From contig CAZKBG010000002.1 of the NCBI GenBank assembly GCA_964551375.1, forward strand, positions 15,558 through 47,557: DNA of 32,000 nt, in the 5' to 3' direction. This document shows positions 1 to 7,277 of the stretch, piece by piece. This DNA comes from an uncultured archaeon (lineage in GTDB: Archaea; Iainarchaeota; Iainarchaeia; Iainarchaeales; JAAZKV01). Position 1 is the stretch's first letter, and every line of letters starts with the position of its first letter. The translations under genes were made by a program, and so were the position numbers. The notes below the pieces were generated by a model. It was not told the DNA's origin. It saw nothing but the letters and a program-made list of their open reading frames with translations, and searched no databases.

Positions 1-2
1 CA

Positions 3-3000
3 GGAAATATAGGTTACGAAACAGTAGGACAGTTGAATACAGATAATACTGCACCTGTGTTTTCGAGTGTGGCTCTTGGGGCGGATGGTTATGTTAATTC
101 TGCTGAAGCAGCTGCGGGCGTGGACATTGTTGTTGCTATAACTGGTGTTGAAGATGGTAGGACTGTTGGTTGTGTTGTAACTGATGAAGGTTCTGCGCAT
201 AGTGTTGGTCCGGTAACTGGAACAACATCTGGCGGGGCGGTTACAATCGCTTCGACTGCTTTAACTAGTTTGACTGATGGTACAATAACTGTGACTTGTG
301 GTGTTTCTGATGTTGCTGGGAATTTGGCGGTTGATGGAACAGACACAGCGGTAAAAGATGTTTTAGCACCAACATTCACTGATACTGCTGATGTTGATGC
401 TGGTCCAGTTAAAACTGACACTATAACTGTTACAATCACTGGCGCTGCTGGTGGAGATTATGGTTTTAGTTTAGATGATACTTGTAATGGGTCTGATACA
501 ATAGATCAACCATTTGGATCTACAGTTCCTTTTGATATTGCTGGTGATCACACTGATTATTTGTGTGTGAAAGCTACTGATGCAGCAGGAAATATAGGTT
601 ACGAAACTGTTGGGCAGTTGAATACAGATAATACGCCGCCTACTGTTGAGTTAACTCAAGCTCATGCGGATTTAATTGTTAAAGATGCTGATGCTGATGT
701 TACAATAACTGCGACATTTAATGAGAATATGGCTGATACACCAACTATTTCAATTGATGGTCCTGGTGAATGCGATATTACTAGTCAAGCAATGAGTGGT
801 TCTAATAAAGTTTGGACTTATGCTTGGAATGTTCCTGCTTTGTGTGATGGGGATGCAACAGTAACAGTTTCAGGAACAGATGTTGCAACAAATGCATATG
901 CTGGGGCAACAAATTTAGTTTTCACAATTGATAATACGGCTCCGTCGTTCACTGATACTGATGATGTTGATGCTGGTCCGGTTCAGACTGATACTATAAA
1001 TGTTACAATTACTGGCGCTGCTAGTGGATTTTATGGTTTTAGTGAAAACGCTACTTGTGATGGCGACGATACAATAAATCAAGCGTTTACATCTGGAGTT
1101 TCTTTTGATATTGCTGGTAATCACACTGATTATTTGTGTGTGAAAGCTACTGATGCAGCAGGAAATATAGGTTACGAAACAGTAGGACAGTTGAATACAG
1201 ATAATACTGCACCGACAATTTCTATTCTGACGGATGATGAGGCTTTGAATAAAGGTGATACTGCAGTAATAACTTTTACATTGTCTGCAGCTTCAGTTAA
1301 TTTTAGTCAAGAAGATGTTGATGTAGTTGGCGGGTCGTTATCTGATTGGACTGCTGTTAGTGGAACTTCATACACAGTAGTTTTTACCCCAACTGATGAT
1401 AGTACAACTGGTGCCACAGTGGATGTGCAAGCAGGCAAGTTTACTGATGCTGCGGGAAATAGCAATACTGCTGCGACACAAGAAACTATGACTGTCGATA
1501 CAGTTGCTCCTTCAGTTGAGATTACTGATGATGAGACTGGTACTGCGAATATTGCTGGTGGGAGTGTTACTTTTACATTCACATTTAGTGAGCCAGTAAC
1601 TGGATTTGCAACTGGTGATGTTGTTGTTAGTGGTGGATCTAAAGGTACTTTTACAGCAGTATCTTCTACGGTTTACACTTTGGTAGTGACACCTAATGAG
1701 ATGGAAGGTAATTTGACTGTTGATGTTGCTGCTGGTGTAGCAGTTGATGCTGCGTCAAATGGTAATACAATTGCTGTTCAAAGGGTACAAGCGGTTGATA
1801 CAGTAAGACCAACAGTTGCGATTACTGATGATGAGGACGGTACTGCGAATATTGCTGGTGGGAGTGTTACTTTTACATTCACATTTAGTGAGCCAGTAAC
1901 TGGATTTGCAACTGGTGATGTTGTTGTTAGTGGTGGATCTAAAGGTACTTTTACAGCAGTATCTTCTACGGTTTACACTTTGGTAGTGACACCTAATGAG
2001 ATGGAAGGTAATTTGACTGTTGATGTTGCTGCTGGTGTAGCAGTTGATGCTGTGTCAAATAGTAATACGATTGCTGTGACTGATGTACAAGCGGTTGATA
2101 CAGTAAGACCAACAGTTGCATTAACTTATAGTGATAATCCGGCAAATGCAGGGCAAATGACTATAACTGCAACTTATTCAGAGGCAATGTCAGGAACTCC
2201 AAAAATTAGTGTTGATCAATGGGGTACTACTGATATAACAGAGGCTAGTATGACTGGCGGTCCAATTGTTTGGACATATATATACACAGTTAATGCTGCT
2301 TTGAGCCCAACATATATTGATGGCTCTGCAACTGTTAGTTTGTCTACAGTAACAGATGTTGTTGGAAATAATTCAAATTCTCCAACAAATACAACATTCA
2401 TAATTGACACTTCAGGTCCAGCAAATTATATAACTAATCCTAATGCAGGATCAACTGTAAGCTCTCCATTCCAGTTATCAATTGATACTGATGGAACAGC
2501 AAGCGGCTGCCAGTATAAGGATTCAACATTTACTTACGGCACAGGAACCGATATGAATGTTTCAGGAACAAGCTTCTATTCATTAATTACAACAACAAAT
2601 GGAAGCAAGACATATTATGTTATCTGCATAGATGCAGCAAGTAACACTATTGAAAGATCAAGGTCATTTATAGTGGCGGATGCTGATACAAATGCGCCAA
2701 GTTTATCTGGAGTTTCTGTTACCCCTGCACAAACAACTGCTAGTGTAGCATTCATTTCAAGTGAAGCGGGTAGTGCTAAAGTTGAATACGGATTGACTTT
2801 AACTCATGGAAATGCTACAAGCTATTCATCAATGATAGCAGGAGCTAATACAATTGTTCTTAGCGGGCTAAATTGTGGGACAACATACCATTACTCAGTT
2901 TATGGGAAAGATGCGACAAATAATGAACAAAGCACTGCTGATGCAAACTTCACAACAAGCGCATGCACCACATACGAATTTGAGTTCCCAAAAGCAGGAA

Positions 3001-3314
3001 CTGGATTTAGAGTATCAAGATTCGGAGACTTGATCTCAAGGTATGAGCTTTCAAACATGAGTATATGGAGTTCAAGCTTAGTTATGAGTGAATTCCTAAA
3101 TGCTAATGCCGGCCCAGCAGGCGAAAGAATAGCTGCTGCTGATGTAAACAATGTTTACATTTATGATTCAACAGATGGCTGGACAACAGTGGCTGACGAA
3201 AGCTTTGCTACGTACAACTTGTATAGTGAAGCACAGTTCTTGAATTACTTTGTATTCGAGATAAATGCTGATGCAATTGGAAAATCAATTAGACATATAG
3301 AACCTGCAGATTGA
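3..3314 (+). CDS. Large secreted/cell-surface protein, 5'-truncated by the window edge; tandem Ig-like beta-sandwich repeats plus a C-terminal FN3-like module
   Basis: The frame-3 ORF is open from the first bases of the window. Bases 1-55 are identical to 1159-1213, so the window starts inside a repeat. Composition is T/V/D/G/A-rich. It contains ~100-aa modules such as 'VDTVxPTVAITDDEDGTANIAGGSVTFTFTFSEPVTGFATGDVVVSGG', typical of Ig-like surface repeats. 'NAPSLSGVSVTP...GTTYHYSVYGKDATNNE' looks FN3-like. Stop TGA at 3312-3314. Confidence 0.8.
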   Translation, partial: GNIGYETVGQLNTDNTAPVFSSVALGADGYVNSAEAAAGVDIVVAITGVEDGRTVGCVVTDEGSAHSVGPVTGTTSGGAVTIASTALTSLTDGTITVTCGVSDVAGNLAVDGTDTAVKDVLAPTFTDTADVDAGPVKTDTITVTITGAAGGDYGFSLDDTCNGSDTIDQPFGSTVPFDIAGDHTDYLCVKATDAAGNIGYETVGQLNTDNTPPTVELTQAHADLIVKDADADVTITATFNENMADTPTISIDGPGECDITSQAMSGSNKVWTYAWNVPALCDGDATVTVSGTDVATNAYAGATNLVFTIDNTAPSFTDTDDVDAGPVQTDTINVTITGAASGFYGFSENATCDGDDTINQAFTSGVSFDIAGNHTDYLCVKATDAAGNIGYETVGQLNTDNTAPTISILTDDEALNKGDTAVITFTLSAASVNFSQEDVDVVGGSLSDWTAVSGTSYTVVFTPTDDSTTGATVDVQAGKFTDAAGNSNTAATQETMTVDTVAPSVEITDDETGTANIAGGSVTFTFTFSEPVTGFATGDVVVSGGSKGTFTAVSSTVYTLVVTPNEMEGNLTVDVAAGVAVDAASNGNTIAVQRVQAVDTVRPTVAITDDEDGTANIAGGSVTFTFTFSEPVTGFATGDVVVSGGSKGTFTAVSSTVYTLVVTPNEMEGNLTVDVAAGVAVDAVSNSNTIAVTDVQAVDTVRPTVALTYSDNPANAGQMTITATYSEAMSGTPKISVDQWGTTDITEASMTGGPIVWTYIYTVNAALSPTYIDGSATVSLSTVTDVVGNNSNSPTNTTFIIDTSGPANYITNPNAGSTVSSPFQLSIDTDGTASGCQYKDSTFTYGTGTDMNVSGTSFYSLITTTNGSKTYYVICIDAASNTIERSRSFIVADADTNAPSLSGVSVTPAQTTASVAFISSEAGSAKVEYGLTLTHGNATSYSSMIAGANTIVLSGLNCGTTYHYSVYGKDATNNEQSTADANFTTSACTTYEFEFPKAGTGFRVSRFGDLISRYELSNMSIWSSSLVMSEFLNANAGPAGERIAAADVNNVYIYDSTDGWTTVADESFATYNLYSEAQFLNYFVFEINADAIGKSIRHIEPAD
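366..640. repeat. Copy A of a 275-bp coding repeat module (period 573 bp) inside the Ig-like protein gene
   Basis: 'APTFTDTADVDAGPVKTDTITVTITGAAGGDYGF...DYLCVKATDAAGNIGYETVGQLNTDNTPP' aligns colinearly with copy B at 939-1213. Long identical nucleotide runs include 'cactgattatttgtgtgtgaaagctactgatgcagcaggaaatataggttacgaaac'. Confidence 0.85.
939..1213. repeat. Copy B of the 275-bp coding repeat module; its 3' end (1159-1213) is identical to window bases 1-55
   Basis: 'APSFTDTDDVDAGPVQTDTINVTITGAASGFYGF...DYLCVKATDAAGNIGYETVGQLNTDNTAP'. The 55-bp exact match to the window start implies at least one more copy upstream of the window. Confidence 0.85.
1494..2093. repeat. Two tandem 300-bp (100-aa) Ig-like domain repeats, near-identical at the DNA level
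   Basis: Copies 1494-1793 and 1794-2093 have a period of exactly 300 bp. 1539-1752 and 1839-2052 are identical by eye (214 bp). A third, diverged unit starts at 2094 with the same 'gttgatacagtaagaccaacagttgc' junction. Confidence 0.9.
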
Positions 3315-3384
3315 AGATTTTAAAAAATCTTCATTATTGCAAGCAGGGATTTAGTAAGCTTAGGTGAAATGGGGTTGATGAAGG

Positions 3385-4650
3385 ATGGTGAATAATATAT
3401 TTAAAATACTTTTTTCAACCATCTTCCTGTTAGTTCTAATTAGTTCAACTTTTGCTGTGGCAAATGAAAATTTTATTCCTTCAACAGCGCCTTGCTGGGT
3501 AAAAGGAAGCGTTCAAGGCTCAGGCTTTGATATTAACGGCGTTACTATTGGGGCTTATTCTGGAAATACTTTGCTAAAAAGCCAATTACTAAGCGCATCA
3601 GCGGACAATAATGCAGTTTTCAGCTTTAATTCTATTGGAGCAATTACTGGAGAAACTATTAGCATCAAAGTTTTAGGCGCAAATTTTAGAGATTTTAATT
3701 TTACTGGCTTTTGCAAAACAGATGGCAACCCATGGATTGTTCTTGAACAAATAACTGTTTCAAAACAAGCAAATGGAGTAGCTTGCACTGATAACGGCAT
3801 CTGCTCAAGCGGATATTGCAGCACAACCTGCCAGACAAGACCTATTGACACAGGCGGAAGCGGCTCTGGTGGCGGAGGCGGCGGTGGAGGCGGAGGTATG
3901 GGAGTTCCATCAGTAGAACCAGGAACCACAGTTGTATCAGAAACCACTGAAAATATTGATTCTAATCAAAGCGAATTAAGAAATGCTTTAGAAGAAATGA
4001 AAGATGAACAGGGAAATTCTTTATACACGTCAACTGAAGTAGCAGAAATGGTTGATAATTCAGCGGATTATGAATTTACTAGAACGGTTTTAGTTCAAAA
4101 AATAGTTTCAACTACAGGAGAAACAACATTCAAAATAACAGTTACTAATAAAGTTAGAAATAAATCAACTGACGAGCTAAAAGACGTTGTGGTTGTAGTA
4201 GAAGTGCCAAAAATAGTTGCTTCTAGTGCATCACAAATAACTTCACTGCTTCCTTTTACTGTTATAGTGAATGATCCTGTGCTTGAATTTAAAATAGCCG
4301 GTCTAAAAGCTGGTCAAAGCGAAAACATTGAATATTCAATAACAAAATCAGCAAATCTGGATTTAAGTAAAGTTAATTTTGCAGATCCTGTAATTAGAAC
4401 AGCAACAATAGTAACTGTTCCAACTATAAAGCCGGATAATAACGCAGACTTGAATAATAATAATCCAACTACTCCTATTGTTGTTATTACAGATGGGGAA
4501 AAGGAAGCAATTGAATCAAAGTGGGATCTTGGGTGGGTATCAGCTCCAATGATAATAATACCAATAATATTAATAATTGTGATAATACTTGTGGTATCAT
4601 TTATGAAAAAAGGCGGAAGAGATAGTGGTGGATTAACTTTTCATAATTAG
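3385..4650 (+). CDS. Secreted protein with N-terminal signal/anchor, Cys-rich segment, poly-Gly linker and C-terminal TM anchor (function unknown)
   Basis: The N-terminus has a hydrophobic 'ILFSTIFLLVLISSTFAVA'. A Cys-rich segment reads 'GVACTDNGICSSGYCSTTCQ'. The linker is 'GGSGSGGGGGGGGGG' (about 3853-3897). A beta-rich domain follows, then C-terminal 'MIIIPIILIIVIILVVSFMKKGGR' (hydrophobic helix plus basic tail). A purine-rich 'gatgaagg' lies immediately upstream of the ATG. Confidence 0.7.
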   Translation: MVNNIFKILFSTIFLLVLISSTFAVANENFIPSTAPCWVKGSVQGSGFDINGVTIGAYSGNTLLKSQLLSASADNNAVFSFNSIGAITGETISIKVLGANFRDFNFTGFCKTDGNPWIVLEQITVSKQANGVACTDNGICSSGYCSTTCQTRPIDTGGSGSGGGGGGGGGGMGVPSVEPGTTVVSETTENIDSNQSELRNALEEMKDEQGNSLYTSTEVAEMVDNSADYEFTRTVLVQKIVSTTGETTFKITVTNKVRNKSTDELKDVVVVVEVPKIVASSASQITSLLPFTVIVNDPVLEFKIAGLKAGQSENIEYSITKSANLDLSKVNFADPVIRTATIVTVPTIKPDNNADLNNNNPTTPIVVITDGEKEAIESKWDLGWVSAPMIIIPIILIIVIILVVSFMKKGGRDSGGLTFHN

Positions 4651-4756
4651 GAAAAATAACTTTTAATAAGCCAAATTTAATTCACTAATCAGAATATTAG
4701 TGAGATATGCCTTGATTTAAAATAGCTATTGTTCCTATTTAATCATAAGTGATTTA

Positions 4757-5461
4757 GTGAAAAAGAAAATAAAACTACGAAAAAGCGCAGCCTTTGAAGA
4801 GAAATCCATTCACAATAGCGCAAAAAACTTTTTTCTTAAGTACAAGGGCTTCACATTCGCGCTAATTGCGACAATTGTGATAATTATAGCATTTCTTTTT
4901 GTTAACTTTGATATTGACTTGGCGCAGGAAAAAGCCAATTATGCAAAAGAAATGCATGAAAATAATATGGATCTTTTTATCGGATATGAAAGCGCAATAG
5001 GGGAAATAAGCGCAATTGAAGAGACAAACACGCTTAATGATGATTATACCGCATCAATGAAAGATGATGTTTTGTGGCTTAAAGAAAAAGAAAACAACAT
5101 TTACAATTCAACTCCGCGATCAGAGGTTTTTTCAAAAGAAGTTGCAATAACAATGCTTACACAGGCAATAATGCAGGTAAATTCAGATTATGCAATGGAA
5201 ACTGGACAGATAGATTATGACGACAAAATAAAAGAGTCGCTCATGCTTGAAGTTAAAGAACTCAAGCTCCTAACTGCTGAAGAAATTACCGCAACTTTTC
5301 CAACAGTGCTTGATAAACAAATATACCTTGACAATTTGAATCTGCTTTGGAAAGAATACTTTGATTCCAAACAAAGCATCATAAAAATAACCGCTTCAAA
5401 AGAAAGAAAATATGTGGAAGCAAGAAAATTAATCTGGATGACGGAATATTATCTTGAATAA
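4757..5461 (+). CDS. Hypothetical membrane-anchored protein (single N-terminal TM, helical ectodomain)
   Basis: 234-aa ORF with a GTG start. It has a basic N-terminus 'MKKKIKLRK' and a TM helix 'FTFALIATIVIIIAFLFVNF'. No motif recognised. Confidence 0.55.
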   Translation: MKKKIKLRKSAAFEEKSIHNSAKNFFLKYKGFTFALIATIVIIIAFLFVNFDIDLAQEKANYAKEMHENNMDLFIGYESAIGEISAIEETNTLNDDYTASMKDDVLWLKEKENNIYNSTPRSEVFSKEVAITMLTQAIMQVNSDYAMETGQIDYDDKIKESLMLEVKELKLLTAEEITATFPTVLDKQIYLDNLNLLWKEYFDSKQSIIKITASKERKYVEARKLIWMTEYYLE

Positions 5462-5470
5462 TTAAAATAA

Positions 5471-5487
5471 ACTTGATTTTATCAAGT
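5471..5487. terminator. Hairpin between convergent genes, flanked by oligo-T tracts (candidate bidirectional terminator)
   Basis: 'acttgat-ttt-atcaagt' has 7-bp perfect arms. It is followed by a duplicated 'aaattagttttt' (5501-5512 and 5522-5533). It sits between the stop at 5461 (+) and the stop at 5546 (-). Confidence 0.4.
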
Positions 5488-5545
5488 ATTTGGGGTTATT
5501 AAATTAGTTTTTATTTTTGGCAAATTAGTTTTTGTTTTTAGTAAA

Positions 5546-6316
5546 CTATTTCTTGTTTTTTGACATCATTTCAAGCAGTTCATTAAGCGACAACTGCCCA
5601 AGTTCCCTGTCTCCAAGTGAAAAATTTCCGCGCTTAGGAGGACTCAACCAGATTCTGTTAAATCCTTTATCATCAACATCCTTAAAGTAGCCCTGAATTT
5701 TCTTAAAATAAATCCTTGATTCAATAGAAAGATCCTTGTAAGTCTTTGAAAAAAGCTTGCAAAACGGATAATTTTCCCTAAAGCCGGGCATTGCAATAAA
5801 AGGAAACTGCCTGCACGGCTCAGGTCTTGCTGAATATATCCCGCACGAGTTGTCGGCGTCAATGTAAACGCAGGCATTTCTTTTCTCAATTTTGGTCTTG
5901 TTATTAAAAAAAGAAAAAGTGTTTTTTTCTTCTCTTTTCAGCACAACCTGCGGAACAACAAAAAAACTTTCTGGAATTGGGTTTAATTCTTTTTTTAATA
6001 AATCAATAATTCTTTTTGGAAACATTGCGCTTTGGAAAGTCAGCACTCCTGGAGTGGATTTTGGGTAAATTTTAACATCAAGAACGCAATCTTCATCTAA
6101 AAATTTTGACTTGGTTTTTCCTAAAAGTTTTGAAATCTTAACTGCATCGCTTGGAAGCACTGTAATCCAATATTTCTTGCAGCACTCCCCGCACTCAAGG
6201 CACAATGCGGACTCCTCTTTTTTTGAAAGTTTTGACTCTTTTAGTTGCGCCATTTGATTTTGATTGTGAAAGGAAGGCTTTAAAAGTTTATTAACAGCAA
6301 GTTTTGTATAAGGCAC
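5546..6316 (-). CDS. YkgJ-family (UPF0153) cysteine-cluster / putative Fe-S or Zn-binding protein
   Basis: The family signature CxxCxxCC is present ('CLECGECCKKYW'). The second conserved block is 'CGIYSARPEPCRQFPF'. Confidence 0.75.
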   Translation of the reverse strand: MPYTKLAVNKLLKPSFHNQNQMAQLKESKLSKKEESALCLECGECCKKYWITVLPSDAVKISKLLGKTKSKFLDEDCVLDVKIYPKSTPGVLTFQSAMFPKRIIDLLKKELNPIPESFFVVPQVVLKREEKNTFSFFNNKTKIEKRNACVYIDADNSCGIYSARPEPCRQFPFIAMPGFRENYPFCKLFSKTYKDLSIESRIYFKKIQGYFKDVDDKGFNRIWLSPPKRGNFSLGDRELGQLSLNELLEMMSKNKK

Positions 6317-6349
6317 AGCAAAGCTATAAGTTGCTTTTTAGGGTTTAAT

Positions 6350-6422
6350 GCCTCTATGGCTCAGTTGGTAGAGCGCCAGTTTTGTAAACTGGATGTCGTG
6401 GGTTCGAATCCCACTAGAGGCT
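6350..6422 (+). tRNA. tRNA-Thr (anticodon UGU), no intron, CCA not encoded
   Basis: Manual cloverleaf fold. Acceptor GCCTCTA/TAGAGGC; D stem GCTC/GAGC; anticodon stem CCAGT/ACTGG with loop TT-TGT-AA; variable loop ATGTC; T arm GTGGG-TTCGAAT-CCCAC; discriminator T. Confidence 0.93.
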
Positions 6423-6602
6423 TAGTTCTTTTTTTGAATAAATTAATACACTCTTGAAGCTTAGTTGCTGCGTTTTTAATAACTGCGATGAGCGGGGCAA
6501 TATAAAAAGCCAAAATAAATTTTGCTTGAGATGAATGCGGACAGACAAATCAGTTAATATCTAACGATTAGGTATTTAAATAAAAAAGTCTTATTTATCC
6601 TG

Positions 6603-7277
6603 ATGGATTTACTAAAGCAAGCGCTGAATAAAATGCTTATATCAAAGCTGTTTGCTGTCATAGTTACGCTAATAGGGATAGTTGTCTGCGCAGGATGGAT
6701 GCTTAATATTCCTCTATTGACGAACATCTCGACTGACTTTGTTTCAATGAAGTTCATCACTTCAGTAATGTTTATTCTTTCAGGAATAATGATTTATTTA
6801 ATTATAAGGCGAGTTGAAGACAAGTACGGCGAAGTAGGAGATTTGATTATCCAGTTTTGTGTAATTCTTGCGATGTTTTTAGTTGTTGTTCCGCTTGTAT
6901 CAAGCATATTTGCAATTCCAACAGGCATTGAAAATATTTTTATAAGAGAAAGTGCTTCCGCAGTGAAAACAGTTGCTCCAGGGCTTCCTGCAATTCCAAC
7001 GCTTATATCATTTGCCTTGATTATTTCGGTTGTTCTGACGCTTGTGGCATTTAGGGAAAATATAAATCTAATAACTGGATTAAGCAGGCTTGCTGGAATA
7101 ATAATTTTATTTATCGGGGCTGTGGCGTGCGCTGGATATATTTTTGGAATTCAGATTCTTTATTATTATATCCCTGGAGTGACCACCGCAATTGCAGTTC
7201 ATACAAGCATTGCGTTTGTTTTATGCGGAGCTGCACTTGTAATTTGCGGGTTAAACAAGATTAAGGTGAGCGAATGA
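6603..7277 (+). CDS. Polytopic membrane protein (about 6-7 TM helices), probable membrane-embedded sensor module
   Basis: The sequence is almost entirely hydrophobic helices. There is an internal duplication: 'CAGWMLNIPLL...MKFITSVMFILSGIMI' versus 'CAGYIFGIQILYY...TAIAVHTSIAFVLCGAALV'. The stop overlaps the next gene's start (ATGA at 7274-7277). Confidence 0.65.
   Translation: MDLLKQALNKMLISKLFAVIVTLIGIVVCAGWMLNIPLLTNISTDFVSMKFITSVMFILSGIMIYLIIRRVEDKYGEVGDLIIQFCVILAMFLVVVPLVSSIFAIPTGIENIFIRESASAVKTVAPGLPAIPTLISFALIISVVLTLVAFRENINLITGLSRLAGIIILFIGAVACAGYIFGIQILYYYIPGVTTAIAVHTSIAFVLCGAALVICGLNKIKVSE

Noticed and set aside
1494-2093. Possible CRISPR or other non-coding array, suggested by the exact repeats
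   Set aside because: The repeat unit is 300 bp with no spacers. It is in frame and encodes complete Ig-like domains within a continuous ORF. I found no short repeat-spacer structure anywhere in the window.
89-3151. Several 64-116-aa minus-strand ORFs (89-439, 915-1124, 1307-1582, 2216-2410, 2900-3151) inside the Ig-like protein gene
   Set aside because: All are fully nested antisense to a long ORF with clear domain structure. Their translations are low-complexity mirrors of the T/V/A-rich sense frame, so they are treated as artefacts.
3555-3947. 130-aa minus-strand ORF containing a poly-Pro run
   Set aside because: The poly-Pro is simply the reverse complement of the GGN poly-Gly linker of the 3385-4650 gene. 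It is nested antisense with no independent support.
6317-6602. tRNA-Thr (and likewise tRNA-Tyr at 24151-24328) as an integration site of a mobile element or genomic island
   Set aside because: The window has no integrase, transposase or recombinase ORF. I did not spot a direct repeat of either tRNA 3' end. Flanking genes include core housekeeping functions. This cannot be fully excluded without a computed repeat search.
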